A stretch of 64,000 nucleotides of DNA from an uncultured Verrucomicrobiota bacterium. Lineage in GTDB: Bacteria; Verrucomicrobiota; Kiritimatiellia; CAIKKV01; CAITUY01. Each line of letters opens with the position of its first letter. The stretch's first letter is position 1. The notes under the pieces were generated by a model that worked only from the letters and a program-made list of their open reading frames with translations, had not been told where the DNA came from and did not search any database. This document shows positions 29,445 through 40,670 of the stretch, piece after piece. The stretch covers positions 7,694 to 71,693 of the forward strand of contig CAZSSA010000001.1 in the NCBI GenBank assembly GCA_964609375.1, written 5' to 3'. The translations under genes were made by a program, and so were the position numbers.

Positions 29445-29780
29445 TCACTTTTCATCAGTCAACACTACCGTAATATGGCTGGTCCGTTTCCGGATCCGGC
29501 TCACCATTCCTCGCGAACGCGCCCAAAACCTCTTCATCGCCGGTCCTTCACCGATCGTCGCTTGCTTGACCTTAAGGTCATCAGCCGAAAGTTTGGCGTT
29601 GTTTTCAGCATTAGCCACAGCCGAACGTAACGTCTTCTCCAACTGTTCAGCAACCTTACGCTCGCTAAATTGTGCAATCTTAAGCGCCTGCGCTACGGGC
29701 AAACCCTGTATCGCTCGCGCCATGTCCCTCGCTTTACGCGGTGACATTCGCACATACTTCGTTACTGCTTTAACTTCCAT
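29445..29780 (-). CDS. rplV: 50S ribosomal protein L22
   Basis: MEVKAVTKYVRMSPRKARDMARAIQG matches L22. Confidence 0.9.
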   Translation of the reverse strand: MEVKAVTKYVRMSPRKARDMARAIQGLPVAQALKIAQFSERKVAEQLEKTLRSAVANAENNAKLSADDLKVKQATIGEGPAMKRFWARSRGMVSRIRKRTSHITVVLTDEK

Positions 29781-29790
29781 TGCCTCGCTC

Positions 29791-30312
29791 CTACTCCTTC
29801 GAGCCGGTCGCCACTACCACCCGGTCTTTACTCCCGGGAAAATCCCGACCCGTCCGCTCAATCACTGCACCGGCGACCATCGGACGAACATCCACAATCC
29901 TGAGCCTGGCCACCACCCTCTCTCCCCGCATCACCGCCAACCGCATCCCCGGTCGCAACCCCTGCCGCCTCCCAGCGCTTAATACGGCCAGCCCCAGGTC
30001 CTCATTTACTTCCAAAATGCTGCATTCTTGTCCCTCGCGAATAACGTCACCCTCTGACGTTTTCGATCCCTGCCCCCCTGCTATCTCAACCGCATGCCTA
30101 TCCAACCTCGCCCGCAGCATGTCAACTTCAGCTCTGGCCACTGCCAGCGAATCCGCTAACCACTTCACCTGACTCTGCAACCTTGCCACTTCACCATCCG
30201 CTATCCCTGAAGCGGCAGAGACTCCACATACCATCGCCACTAGCCCCAATACCCACCCGGGACGCTTACCCTTACCCGGTCGGCAGCAACCGACTTGGCG
30301 ACTTATATTCAT
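29791..30312 (-). CDS. Hypothetical signal-anchored coiled-coil protein (173 aa) inserted between rpsS and rplV in the S10 operon
   Basis: ATG 5 nt after the rpsS stop and stop 10 nt before the rplV start; it exactly fills an otherwise unexplained 537-nt gap. Basic N-terminus, hydrophobic segment WVLGLVAMVCGVSAASG, then a coiled coil and a beta-rich C-terminal domain. Confidence 0.6.
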   Translation of the reverse strand: MNISRQVGCCRPGKGKRPGWVLGLVAMVCGVSAASGIADGEVARLQSQVKWLADSLAVARAEVDMLRARLDRHAVEIAGGQGSKTSEGDVIREGQECSILEVNEDLGLAVLSAGRRQGLRPGMRLAVMRGERVVARLRIVDVRPMVAGAVIERTGRDFPGSKDRVVVATGSKE

Positions 30313-30317
30313 CTGGT

Positions 30318-30602
30318 CTACTTCAACGCCACAGTCTTGTCCGTATGCACACCGTGCTTCCGGAATATACGAGTAGGCGCAAACTCACCAAGACGGTGCC
30401 CAACCATATGTTCCGAAATGTACACTGGCATGTGCTGCTTTCCATTATGAACCGCCACAGTATGCCCGACAAACTCGGGAATAATCATGGACCGGCGCGA
30501 CCAAGTCTTGATCACACGTTTCTCGCCGGAACGATTCATTTTTTCGACACGCTGTAACAGCTTGTCTTCAACGTACGGCCCCTTTTTGAGTGAACGGCCC
30601 AT
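30318..30602 (-). CDS. rpsS: 30S ribosomal protein S19
   Basis: [16 protein letters not shown]...[12 protein letters not shown] matches S19. Confidence 0.9.
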   Translation of the reverse strand: MGRSLKKGPYVEDKLLQRVEKMNRSGEKRVIKTWSRRSMIIPEFVGHTVAVHNGKQHMPVYISEHMVGHRLGEFAPTRIFRKHGVHTDKTVALK

Positions 30603-30605
30603 GGC

Positions 30606-31430
30606 TTATTTTCTCCGACTGATAATAAATTTACTCGACGACTTCCGCCCAGCTCTCGTCTTCTTGCCCTTGGTCAACTGCCCCCAGGGAGTTACCGGAT
30701 GCCCACCACCAGACGTGCGGCCTTCGCCACCTCCCATCGGATGATCCACCGGATTCATCGCTACACCTCGAACAGTAGGACGAATGCCAAGCCACCGCTT
30801 GCGTCCTGCCTTCCCAAGCTTCACACCATCATGCTCAGCATTACCAACTTGTCCAACCGTGGCCATGCAGTTCACGTTAATCAAACGGACTTCGCCGGAA
30901 GGCAATCTAACATTGGCAAAAGCCCCTTCACGCGACATGACCTGAGCCGATTGCCCAGCACTGCGCGCCAACTGCGCACCACCACCAACCGTCAACTCAA
31001 TATTGTGAACAACTAAACCAAGCGGTATCTTTCCAATCGGCAGGGCATTCCCGACAACAGGCTCCACATCCGGACCTGACATGACCATGGCTCCGACCTG
31101 CAAGCCAACGGGCGCAAGTATATACCGCTTCTCGCCGTCCTTATAATTCAACAATGCGATTCGCGCCGAACGATTGGGATCATACTCAATCGCCGCCACT
31201 TTAGCAGGAATTCCACTCTTGTCCCGCTTGAAATCTATCAGTCGGAACTGACGTCGGTGACCTCCACCACGATGCCGCACGGTAATGCGCCCAGCTGCGT
31301 TCCGACCGCCTGATTTACTCTTTACCTTTGTCAACGACCGTTCAGGCGTCGTCTTTGTAATTTCGTCAAACGCCGGCAACTGCGTGGAACGCAGGCTCGG
31401 TGTCGTCGGTTTGAATGTCTTCAAAGCCAT
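30606..31430 (-). CDS. rplB: 50S ribosomal protein L2
   Basis: 274 aa. L2 N- and C-domains ([22 protein letters not shown]). Confidence 0.95.
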   Translation of the reverse strand: MALKTFKPTTPSLRSTQLPAFDEITKTTPERSLTKVKSKSGGRNAAGRITVRHRGGGHRRQFRLIDFKRDKSGIPAKVAAIEYDPNRSARIALLNYKDGEKRYILAPVGLQVGAMVMSGPDVEPVVGNALPIGKIPLGLVVHNIELTVGGGAQLARSAGQSAQVMSREGAFANVRLPSGEVRLINVNCMATVGQVGNAEHDGVKLGKAGRKRWLGIRPTVRGVAMNPVDHPMGGGEGRTSGGGHPVTPWGQLTKGKKTRAGRKSSSKFIISRRK

Positions 31431-31440
31431 ACCTTACTCC

Positions 31441-31722
31441 CTACTCAAGATCGATCTTATCGCCTTCCTTAAGCGTGACTATCGCCCGCTTCCAGTCCGG
31501 CTTCCTTCCGTAGTGAATCGTGCGCTCCCGGCGTTCCTTGCCAAGATAATTCATTGTGTGCACCTTCACCACTTTCACTTTAAAAAAATCTTCCACGGCC
31601 TTCTTGATCTCAAGCTTGTTCGCTGCCGGATCAACCTTGAACACATACTTGTTCAAGGCAGCCATCTGCGTTCCCTTTTCCGTGATATTAAGGCCTTTAA
31701 TCGCCGATAACGCGTTCTTCAT
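31441..31722 (-). CDS. rplW: 50S ribosomal protein L23
   Basis: YVFKVDPAANKLEIKKAVEDFFKVKV matches L23. Confidence 0.85.
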   Translation of the reverse strand: MKNALSAIKGLNITEKGTQMAALNKYVFKVDPAANKLEIKKAVEDFFKVKVVKVHTMNYLGKERRERTIHYGRKPDWKRAIVTLKEGDKIDLE

Positions 31723-32357
31723 TCTTTCCTCCCCGCCTTGCCCTCAAGTCGAGCACACAGCACATCCATCGCCGCTCGAGTGACCACGGCCACTGGGTAC
31801 CTTAACAGTTGATAGGTGCTGACCGATTGTGCCGTTGTCGCTTCAACACGCTTCAGGTTGCGAACCGCACAAATCAAATTCCTGTCCAACCGATCCACCA
31901 CGATCAATGCGCTTTCCAACCCCATCGACTTCATCACATTCATCGCCGCCTTCGTCTTTGGCTCAACCATTGTGAATTGGTCAACCACTCGAACCCGCCC
32001 TTCACGGACCAAATCACTCAACGCACGTCGAAACGCCAGTCGTGCCACTTTCAAAGGAACCTTTTTTTCATATGACCGTGGATGCGGACCATGCGCCACA
32101 CCACCACCGCGCCACACAGGTGACTGCTTATAGCCGGCTCGTGCCTGCCCCGTACCCTTTTGGCGCCACGGCTTCTTGCCACTACCATTAACCGCCCCTT
32201 TTCCCAACGTCGAAGCGGTACCGGCACGCATTCCGGCCTGATGAGCAACCACCACGTCATGCACAGCCTGCTGGCCCTGCTTTGTCAACAACGCTTCCGG
32301 GAAATCATAGTCCCCGAGAGTTGCGCCCTTCATGTCATAGACGGACACCTTACTCAT
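31719..32357 (-). CDS. rplD: 50S ribosomal protein L4
   Basis: QKGTGQARAGYKQSPVWRGGGVAHGP matches L4. Confidence 0.9.
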   Translation of the reverse strand: MSKVSVYDMKGATLGDYDFPEALLTKQGQQAVHDVVVAHQAGMRAGTASTLGKGAVNGSGKKPWRQKGTGQARAGYKQSPVWRGGGVAHGPHPRSYEKKVPLKVARLAFRRALSDLVREGRVRVVDQFTMVEPKTKAAMNVMKSMGLESALIVVDRLDRNLICAVRNLKRVEATTAQSVSTYQLLRYPVAVVTRAAMDVLCARLEGKAGRKE

Positions 32358-33001
32358 TTCGCCTGCCCCGCCTTCTTCAATGCTTTACGAACAACAACCA
32401 TCGCGCCTGCAGGCCCCGGAACGGCACCGCATACCAACAATAGATTCTCCGAGGCGCGCAACTGCACAACTTTCAGATTCTGCGTTGTCGCCCTCACTTG
32501 TCCCATATGACCAGGCATCCTCTTCCCCTTGTGAACCCGACCCGGATAGGAGCGGCAACCAATCGATCCGATTCGCCGCTTGGAATGACCACCATGGGTC
32601 ATGGGACCACCGCGCATCCCATGACGCCGCACAACTCCCTGAAAGCCACGCCCCTTGGTAATGCCCATGATGTCCACATAGGAGACACCTTCCAGTACCG
32701 CAGCCGTCACAGCATCTCCTGCCTTTAGAGACTCGGAAGTGTCTATGCGAAACTCGTGCAGATACTGCTGGGCCACCCCACCAAAACCCTTAACTTCTCC
32801 AGCTTCCGGCTTGTTGGCGCGTCCCGCCTTCTTCGGCCCAAGTCCGATTTTCAAGGCGTCGTAACCGTCTTTAGCCTTGGTCTTGCGCTGCACGACAACG
32901 CACGGACCGACTTCTATTACCGTCACAGGAATCTGGCGTCCCTCGTCGCCAAATACCCGCGTCATACCTATTTTTTTTCCAAGTATCCCTTGCATGGCCA
33001 T
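32354..33001 (-). CDS. rplC: 50S ribosomal protein L3
   Basis: [13 protein letters not shown]...[13 protein letters not shown] matches L3. Confidence 0.9.
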   Translation of the reverse strand: MAMQGILGKKIGMTRVFGDEGRQIPVTVIEVGPCVVVQRKTKAKDGYDALKIGLGPKKAGRANKPEAGEVKGFGGVAQQYLHEFRIDTSESLKAGDAVTAAVLEGVSYVDIMGITKGRGFQGVVRRHGMRGGPMTHGGHSKRRIGSIGCRSYPGRVHKGKRMPGHMGQVRATTQNLKVVQLRASENLLLVCGAVPGPAGAMVVVRKALKKAGQAK

Positions 33002-33005
33002 CCAC

Positions 33006-33326
33006 TCAAATCTTGATCGTTATGTCCACACCCGCCGGCATGTTGAGCTTCTTCAACTCATCCACCGTCTTTGCCGTCGGCTCCACTATATCCAGCAACC
33101 GTTTATGGGTGCGGATCTCAAACTGCTCCATCGACTTCTTGTCGGCATGCACACTGCGGTTGACACTATAGCGCTCAACACGCGTCGGCATCGGAATCGG
33201 ACCGACAACCCTCGCCCCTGTCCGCTTCGCGGTCTCAACAATGTCAGACACCGATTGGTCTAACACACGATAATCAAAAGCCTTCAAACGTATTCGTATG
33301 CGTTGTTTTTCCATGGTTCCACTCAC
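33006..33326 (-). CDS. rpsJ: 30S ribosomal protein S10
   Basis: [31 protein letters not shown] matches S10. 4-nt overlap with fusA, so there is no S10 leader. Confidence 0.9.
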   Translation of the reverse strand: MSGTMEKQRIRIRLKAFDYRVLDQSVSDIVETAKRTGARVVGPIPMPTRVERYSVNRSVHADKKSMEQFEIRTHKRLLDIVEPTAKTVDELKKLNMPAGVDITIKI

Positions 33327-35458
33327 CGTTCCAGAAGTTGCTGCTGAATCGCCGCCGGCACGACGTCAAAACAGGCCGGTTCCATCGTATAGCTCGCCCG
33401 CCCCCGCGTAAGAGAGCGAATGGCCGTAGAATATCCAAATAGCTCTGCCAGCGGCAATTTTGCGTGAATAACCTGTACGGTCTCCCGGCTGATCATGTCA
33501 TGCACATGCCCTCTCCGCGCGCTAATGTCGTTCAACACATCACCGAGATGCTCCGCCGGTAGAATAATTTCAAGCGACATGATAGGCTCAAGTATTACGG
33601 GGGCGGCATCTTTGGCCGCGGCACGTAGGGCCATATTGCCAGCTGTCCTAAACGCCATCTCAGTTGATTCTTGATCGTGATAGCTACCACCTATTATTCG
33701 CACACGTACATCGACTAGCGAATAGTTCGCCACAACACCCGTAAGTAAACCATCCCGAATGCCGTCCTCAATACTGGCCTTGAATTCAGAAGGAATACGA
33801 CTCGAGGGAACGTCAAATTCTATCGTAGTCCCCTCGCCTCTTGGCGCAGGCTCCACTTCAATAACCACTTCAGCAAATTGCCGCTGCCCGCCAATATCCC
33901 GCTCAAACTTGTGGTCCCCACGCCCCTTCGTGGATACACTCTCACGATACGCCACCATTGGCCGTCCAGCGTTCGCCTGCACCTTATACTCACGGAACAT
34001 GCGATCCTTCAATATTTCCAAATGCAACTCGCCCATTCCACTCAGCAAGGTCTGCCCCGTATCACCATCAATCGAAATTACACATGTCGGATCTTCAGCA
34101 GCCATTGCTGCCAGCGCCTCAGTCAATTTATCCCGATCGGCCTGGGATTTAGGCTCAACAGCCATTGACATGACAGGCTCGGGAAAGCGGATACGCTCAA
34201 GTTCAACCGGTAGATTTTCCGCACACAGGGTATCTCCCGTTGTGGCCTGCTTAAGACCCACCACCGCACCAATCTCACCGGCATGGATCGTTTCAACTTC
34301 TTGCCGATCATCGGCGTGCAGAAGAACAAGCTTCATGACCCGCTCCCGCTTCCGCAGGCGGGGGTTAAAAACGTTTTGTCCCTTTTTCAGTTGCCCCGAG
34401 TAAACCCTCACAAAACCCATCCGCCCCATGTAGGGATCATTCATCACTTTAAACACCAATGCACTCAAAGGCGCAAAGTCATCAGTCTCGCGAGTAACCT
34501 TTTCGTGAGTCTTTGGATGCACACCGTCCACCGGCGGAATATCCACCGGGGAGGGCAGGTAATCAACAACAGCATCCAATAACTGCTGAACTCCCTTGTT
34601 CCTCAACGAGGAGCCCACAAGCACCGGTGTAATCTTTTGCGCCAGCGTTGCCCGACGCAAACTATCCTTTAAAACAGCAGCTGGAACATCGGGATTCTCC
34701 AAGTAAGCATTCAGCATTGCCTCATCACGTTCAGCAAGGCATTCAATCATCTCCGCCCGAGCTTTTTCAGCCTGAACACCAAATTCCGCAGGAATCGCCG
34801 AGGTCACCACTTTGGCGCCGAGAGACGTATCATCGTACGAAATCGCTTCCATCGTGACCAGATCCACAACCCCAACAAACCGATCCTCAGCCCCCATTGG
34901 AATCTGAACCGCAACTGGCGTCGCCAGAAGTTTTTCACGCATCTGCTTAATCACAGAATCGAAATCAGCTCCAATACGATCCATCTTATTCACAAAAGCC
35001 AACCGGGGAACATGATAACGATCCGCTTGGCGCCAAACCGTCTCAGACTGCGGCTGGACGCCTCCCACCCCGCAAAACACCACAACAGCACCATCCAGCA
35101 CCCTTAAGGACCGCTCTACCTCAACGGTAAAATCGACATGCCCAGGGGTATCAATGATATTGATCTGATGATCTTTCCAAAAACAGGTTGTAGCGGCGCT
35201 TGTGATGGTAATGCCACGCTCTTTCTCCTGCGGCATCCAATCCATCGTCGCCGTACCTTCATGCACTTCGCCCATTCGGTGAACACGACCAGCGTAGAAC
35301 AGAATACGCTCGGTGGTCGTTGTCTTGCCAGCGTCGATATGGGCGATGATGCCAATATTTCGCAGGCTGACTAAAGAACGAGATCGATCCGCCGCTTCAC
35401 GCGTACGGACTTCTCCCGCCGAATCACCTTTTCGGTTCTGCTCCAAAATCGTTTCCAT
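33323..35458 (-). CDS. fusA: Elongation factor G
   Basis: [20 protein letters not shown] plus the G', II, III, IV and V domains. Start set at METILEQ; the track ORF extends to 35518. Confidence 0.95.
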   Translation of the reverse strand: METILEQNRKGDSAGEVRTREAADRSRSLVSLRNIGIIAHIDAGKTTTTERILFYAGRVHRMGEVHEGTATMDWMPQEKERGITITSAATTCFWKDHQINIIDTPGHVDFTVEVERSLRVLDGAVVVFCGVGGVQPQSETVWRQADRYHVPRLAFVNKMDRIGADFDSVIKQMREKLLATPVAVQIPMGAEDRFVGVVDLVTMEAISYDDTSLGAKVVTSAIPAEFGVQAEKARAEMIECLAERDEAMLNAYLENPDVPAAVLKDSLRRATLAQKITPVLVGSSLRNKGVQQLLDAVVDYLPSPVDIPPVDGVHPKTHEKVTRETDDFAPLSALVFKVMNDPYMGRMGFVRVYSGQLKKGQNVFNPRLRKRERVMKLVLLHADDRQEVETIHAGEIGAVVGLKQATTGDTLCAENLPVELERIRFPEPVMSMAVEPKSQADRDKLTEALAAMAAEDPTCVISIDGDTGQTLLSGMGELHLEILKDRMFREYKVQANAGRPMVAYRESVSTKGRGDHKFERDIGGQRQFAEVVIEVEPAPRGEGTTIEFDVPSSRIPSEFKASIEDGIRDGLLTGVVANYSLVDVRVRIIGGSYHDQESTEMAFRTAGNMALRAAAKDAAPVILEPIMSLEIILPAEHLGDVLNDISARRGHVHDMISRETVQVIHAKLPLAELFGYSTAIRSLTRGRASYTMEPACFDVVPAAIQQQLLER

Positions 35459-35521
35459 TGGCGTTAATATCATGGGCGGACTCCGTCGCGCATTCGCACA
35501 CCGGCGCCAGCCCAACACCTT

Positions 35522-35995
35522 CTACCATCTGTAATGTGCAAATGCTTTGTTCGCCTGCGCCATCTTGTGCGTATCATCACGCTTCTTGATCGCATTTCCT
35601 TGCTCGGCATACGCATCCAGAATTTCCATCGCCAGTGCCCGACGCATGGGAACACCCTTGCGCGTCTTCGCATACTGGATAAGCCACCTCATGGCCAAAG
35701 CCGCCTGACGATCAGTACTCACCTCCACTGGCACCTGATAGGTGGCACCACCAACCCGTCGCGACTTGACTTCAACTCTAGGTTTTACATTGTCGATCGC
35801 CCGAAGCAAAATTTCAAGCGGATCGCCATCCGTATGCTTTTCCTGGATGACCTTCAAGGCATCGTAAACAATGCCTGTTGCCACCGATTTTTTACCCACC
35901 TTCATCAGGCGGTTGACCAAACGGCCGACCAGTTCGCTACCGTACTTGGGGTCTTGCCCAACCGCACGCCGTTCTGCTTTACGTCTTCGTCCCAT
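35522..35995 (-). CDS. rpsG: 30S ribosomal protein S7
   Basis: MGRRRKAERRAV..DPKYGS matches S7. Confidence 0.9.
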   Translation of the reverse strand: MGRRRKAERRAVGQDPKYGSELVGRLVNRLMKVGKKSVATGIVYDALKVIQEKHTDGDPLEILLRAIDNVKPRVEVKSRRVGGATYQVPVEVSTDRQAALAMRWLIQYAKTRKGVPMRRALAMEILDAYAEQGNAIKKRDDTHKMAQANKAFAHYRW

Positions 35996-36016
35996 GTTCT
36001 TGCGCCGTCCTAAGAC

Positions 36017-36391
36017 TTACTGCTTGGGCATTTTCACGCCATATTTGGAACGGCCTCGGTGCCGTCCATCCACACCCAGCGTATCCAGCGTCCCACGAAC
36101 TATGTGGTAACGCACGCCAGGCAAATCCTTCACACGACCACCACGCACAAGCACAACACTGTGCTCCTGCAAATTGTGCCCCTCGCCGGGAATATAAGCG
36201 GTAACTTCCTCGCCATTCGTCAACCGCACACGCGCAACTTTCCGCAGGGCCGAGTTGGGCTTCTTCGGCGTCTGTGTCTTTACAGAAAGACATACACCGC
36301 GCCGTTGCGGACAATTCTTTAATGCTGGCGACTTACTCTTATAGCGGACCTGCTTCCGCCCATACTTCACCAGCTGATTAATTGTTGGCAT
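36017..36391 (-). CDS. rpsL: 30S ribosomal protein S12
   Basis: [13 protein letters not shown]...[19 protein letters not shown] matches S12. Start at the conserved MPTINQL. Confidence 0.9.
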   Translation of the reverse strand: MPTINQLVKYGRKQVRYKSKSPALKNCPQRRGVCLSVKTQTPKKPNSALRKVARVRLTNGEEVTAYIPGEGHNLQEHSVVLVRGGRVKDLPGVRYHIVRGTLDTLGVDGRHRGRSKYGVKMPKQ

Positions 36392-36455
36392 ACTATAACT
36401 CCTCCAAATCACAAAGCGCGCGATGATGCCGAAGCACCCCATGGTCTGTCAAGCA

Positions 36456-39400
36456 TTATCCAAGCAGCTCTTGTACTTTCTTCACCGCTTCGCTCTCCTG
36501 TCTGAGCTCTTCCTCAGGAATCGGCTCTGCTAGCGGCACGAGCTTGATGTTGCGGAACATCGGGAATCCGGTCCCCCCAGGGATCAGATGCCCCATAATA
36601 ACATTCTCCTTAAACCCATACAACGTGTCCACGCGTCCAAGCGTCGCCGCTTCCGTCAACACACGTGTCGTGTCCTGGAATGATGCAGCAGAAATAAAAC
36701 TCTCCGTCTCCAACGCCGCTTTCGTCACTCCTAGCAAGGCAGGAGAAGCCTCTGCGGGACGCTTGCCTTCAGCCGCTGCTTTAATGTTGACTTCCTGGAA
36801 TGTCTGCTTCTCAACTTGCTCACCCCAAAGGAAGTCTGTATCTCCCGGATCCGTGATGCGGACCTTACGAAGCATCTGCCGGACAATAATCTCAATATGC
36901 TTGTCGTTTATGTCCACACCTTGCAGGCGATAAACTTCCTGCACTTGGTTCACGAGATATTCCTGCAACTCTTGCGGTCCGCAGATTTCAAGAATTTCCT
37001 GCGGCACCACAGGACCTTCAGTCAACTGCTGCCCCTTCTGAACAAAGTCTCCCTTGTAAACAACAATATGCTTACCCATCGGGATCAGGTGCTGCTCCTC
37101 ATCACCCGTCACCGTGTCACGAATAATCAGACAGCGGCGGCCACGCTGATTCGGACCAAAATCAACCAAGCCGTCGATCTTGGCAATCTCTGCCGCATCC
37201 TTCGGTCGTCTCGCCTCAAACAGTTCTGCAACACGCGGCAGACCTCCGGTGATATCCTTCGTCTTGGATTCCTTGCGAGGCGTCTTGGCCAGCACTTCGC
37301 CCGCCATCACCTTCTTGCCATCCTTGACCATCACATGCGCTCCGGCAGGGATATTATACGCCGTGGGCTGCTCCTTCGTGCCTGCATAAGTGATGACAAT
37401 TTGCGGATGCAAATCCTCCTTGTGCTCAAGAACAACTGTCCCCATCAACCCTGTCGATTGATCAACATCCTTCTTAACCGTAACGTTCTCAATGAAGCCA
37501 TGGAAATGAACCACACCAGGACGCTCGGCAAGAATCGGAACACTGTACGGGTCCCACTCAATGAAGCTTTGTCCCTTCTTCACCCTGCCACCATCCTGCA
37601 AGGCGATAATGGCGCCAATCGCCATGGTATGCCGCTCCACCTCCCGGCCCGCATCATCAAAGACGCCAACGGAGCCGTTCTTGTTCAACACCACAAAATT
37701 TCCGGATTCATTCTGGACAACACGAAGATTCGTGTACTGAATCACACCGTCATGCTTTGCGATCACATGCGGTTGCTTGAAGACAGAACTTGCCGTTCCA
37801 CCAATATGGAACGTACGCATCGTCAACTGGGTCCCAGGCTCACCAATGGACTGGGCAGCGATAATCCCAACCGCACCGCCTATTTCAACAAGTCGCCCTG
37901 TCGCCAAATCACGCCCGTAGCATTTGGCACATACTCCGCGTCGCGATTCGCACGTCAACACACTCCGTATGCGAACTTTTTCCACATCCGCATCCATGAT
38001 CCGATCAGCCGTGTCCTCATCGATTTGACTTCCTGCCGGCGCAAGAACTTCACGCGTAATCGTATTGACGACATCAACCAGCGTCGTCCGACCAATGATC
38101 CGATCACGGAGGGACACCAGGCTTTCTTCGCTACCGCCGATACCCTTGACTTCAATTCCGTTCAGGGTATTGCAGTCCTGCTCAATCACGCGAACATCCT
38201 GAGATACGTCCACGAGTTTTCGCGTCAAATAACCGGCATCCGCTGTCTTTAATGCCGTATCCGCCAACCCCTTACGAGCACCGTGCGTACTGATGAAGTA
38301 TTCAAGTACACTCAACCCCTCCCGGAAGTTTGATAAAATCGGCCGCTCAATAATTTCGCCGGAGGGTTTGGCCATTAAGCCACGCATACCGGCCAACTGC
38401 CGGATCTGCTGTCGACTGCCACGAGCCTTGGAATCGACCATCATGAAAATGGGATTCGCCTCCTCGCTTCCCGCATTCTCCTCAATCGCCCTATACATGG
38501 CGTTCGAGGTCTCTTCGCTAGCATGCGTCCAAATATCAACAATCTTATTATATCGCTCGCCATCCGTGATGATACCGCGACGATATTGGCTCTCCACCTC
38601 GGCTACAGCCTTGCGCGCCTTGACGATGATTCCCTCTTTCTCGGCAGGTATAATCATGTCACCCAGCCCGATTGAAATGCCAGCCAAGGTGGCATTTTCA
38701 AACCCAATATTCTTAAGGCTATCCAAGACCCTGACCGTCTCTGCATTTCCGCTCACGCGGTAGCACTGCCAGATGATTTTTCCAAGAAATGACTTGTCAC
38801 AGCAACGATTGATATAGCCCAGCGTATTAGGCAGGATTTCGTTGAAAAATACACGACCAACCGTCGTCACCAGCATCCTGCTCGTGGAATCACCAAAAAC
38901 AGTGCTGCGCTTAAAATCAGGGTTCTTAAAGCGAAGCCTGTCGTGGATCTTTACCGCTCCATCATCATACGCCAGCCGCACTTCGCTTGCATCGCCAAAA
39001 ATAGGCAAATGCTCATGCTCAACGGCCTGATCAGCCGCCTTACGTTTGACGTCTTTTGCCCGATCCTTTTGTGCAGCAGAGGTTAAATAGTAGATTCCCA
39101 ACGCGATATCCTGCGTTGGCGTCATCACAGGCCTGCCGCTCGATGGAGAAAACACGTTGTTTACCGATAGCATCAGCAAACGGGATTCCAACTGCGCCTC
39201 AACCGACAACGGAACATGCACCGCCATCTGGTCACCGTCGAAGTCGGCATTGTATGCCGTACAGACCAACGGGTGTATCTGAATGGCTTCCCCCTCTACC
39301 AGGATAGGCTCAAACGACTGAATACTCAACCGATGCAACGTCGGCGCACGATTCAACATCACCGTTTTATCACGGGTGATCTCCTCAAGAATCGCCCACA

Positions 39401-40643
39401 CCTCGTCAGACTGCTTATCAATCAATTTCTTCGCACTGCGAACGGTGTGCGCCACACCCATCTCCTTCAGGCGGCGGATAATGAATGGCTCAAAGAGCAC
39501 CAACGCCATCTTCTTGGGTAACCCGCACTGATGGAGCTTGAGATCCGGCCCCACAACAATCACCGAGCGACCCGAGTAATCCACGCGCTTACCCAGCAGG
39601 TTCTGGCGGAAACGTCCACCTTTACCCTTCAGCATATCACTCAACGACTTCAACGGACGATTGCCCGCACCAGTCACTGCACGCCCATGCCGCCCATTAT
39701 CAATAACGGCGTCAACAGCTTCCTGCAGCATGCGTTTTTCGTTCCGGATAATCACATCCGGGGTCTTTAGTTGTAACAGGTTTTTCAACCGATTATTACG
39801 ATTGATAACGCGCCGATAGAGATCATTCAAATCCGACGTTGCAAACCGCCCGCCCTCTAGCGGCACCAATGGACGCAGATCCGGCGGAATCACAGGAAGC
39901 ACTTCAAATACCATCCACTCAGGACGCATATTGCTTGTCAGGAATCCCTCAAGGACTTTCATCCGCTTGGAAATCTTTTTTCGGTTCTGCTTGCTCCGCG
40001 TTGTCGCCATCTGCGCATCGAGCTCAACCAGGGTCTTCTCGATGTCAATCTTCTTCATTAAGTCGCGAATGGCTTCAGCACCAATTCGCGCCGTAAACGT
40101 GTCACCATATTTTTCCTGCGCTTCACGGTAATCCATCTCGCTCAGAAGCTGTTTTTCCTGAAGCGGTGTATCACCAGGATCAACGACAATATAATCCTCG
40201 TAATACAACACACGCTCCAGGGCCCGCGCCGTGATGTCCAGCACCAACCCGATACGGCTCGGGGTACACTTGAAAAACCAGATGTGCGAAACCGGTACCG
40301 CCAACTCAATGTGCCCCATGCGCTCACGACGCACTCGCGACAACGTAATTTCAACGCCGCAACGATCACATATCACACCTTTGTGTTTGATCCTCTTGTA
40401 CTTTCCGCAACTACACTCCCAGTCGCGCGTCGGACCAAAAATTCTCTCGCAGAAAAGGCCTCCCTTTTCCGGCTTGTACGTGCGATAATTGATCGTTTCC
40501 GGATTTTTCACCTCGCCGTTGCTCCACGACCGGATTGTCTCCGGCGAAGCCAGCGTGATGTTTACCGAATCAAACCCCTCGGCAAGGGGTACTCCCAGCC
40601 GTTCACGGACCGCTGCGTTCGTCAAGGTTCGTTCTACCGACAT
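36456..40643 (-). CDS. rpoC: DNA-directed RNA polymerase subunit beta'
   Basis: 1395 aa. Zn-finger CxxC...CxxC near the N-terminus, NADFDGDQM catalytic loop, bridge helix and trigger loop. Confidence 0.95.
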   Translation of the reverse strand: MSVERTLTNAAVRERLGVPLAEGFDSVNITLASPETIRSWSNGEVKNPETINYRTYKPEKGGLFCERIFGPTRDWECSCGKYKRIKHKGVICDRCGVEITLSRVRRERMGHIELAVPVSHIWFFKCTPSRIGLVLDITARALERVLYYEDYIVVDPGDTPLQEKQLLSEMDYREAQEKYGDTFTARIGAEAIRDLMKKIDIEKTLVELDAQMATTRSKQNRKKISKRMKVLEGFLTSNMRPEWMVFEVLPVIPPDLRPLVPLEGGRFATSDLNDLYRRVINRNNRLKNLLQLKTPDVIIRNEKRMLQEAVDAVIDNGRHGRAVTGAGNRPLKSLSDMLKGKGGRFRQNLLGKRVDYSGRSVIVVGPDLKLHQCGLPKKMALVLFEPFIIRRLKEMGVAHTVRSAKKLIDKQSDEVWAILEEITRDKTVMLNRAPTLHRLSIQSFEPILVEGEAIQIHPLVCTAYNADFDGDQMAVHVPLSVEAQLESRLLMLSVNNVFSPSSGRPVMTPTQDIALGIYYLTSAAQKDRAKDVKRKAADQAVEHEHLPIFGDASEVRLAYDDGAVKIHDRLRFKNPDFKRSTVFGDSTSRMLVTTVGRVFFNEILPNTLGYINRCCDKSFLGKIIWQCYRVSGNAETVRVLDSLKNIGFENATLAGISIGLGDMIIPAEKEGIIVKARKAVAEVESQYRRGIITDGERYNKIVDIWTHASEETSNAMYRAIEENAGSEEANPIFMMVDSKARGSRQQIRQLAGMRGLMAKPSGEIIERPILSNFREGLSVLEYFISTHGARKGLADTALKTADAGYLTRKLVDVSQDVRVIEQDCNTLNGIEVKGIGGSEESLVSLRDRIIGRTTLVDVVNTITREVLAPAGSQIDEDTADRIMDADVEKVRIRSVLTCESRRGVCAKCYGRDLATGRLVEIGGAVGIIAAQSIGEPGTQLTMRTFHIGGTASSVFKQPHVIAKHDGVIQYTNLRVVQNESGNFVVLNKNGSVGVFDDAGREVERHTMAIGAIIALQDGGRVKKGQSFIEWDPYSVPILAERPGVVHFHGFIENVTVKKDVDQSTGLMGTVVLEHKEDLHPQIVITYAGTKEQPTAYNIPAGAHVMVKDGKKVMAGEVLAKTPRKESKTKDITGGLPRVAELFEARRPKDAAEIAKIDGLVDFGPNQRGRRCLIIRDTVTGDEEQHLIPMGKHIVVYKGDFVQKGQQLTEGPVVPQEILEICGPQELQEYLVNQVQEVYRLQGVDINDKHIEIIVRQMLRKVRITDPGDTDFLWGEQVEKQTFQEVNIKAAAEGKRPAEASPALLGVTKAALETESFISAASFQDTTRVLTEAATLGRVDTLYGFKENVIMGHLIPGGTGFPMFRNIKLVPLAEPIPEEELRQESEAVKKVQELLG

Positions 40644-40670
40644 AATTCCTCGGCGTTGCCGCCGCCTCCC

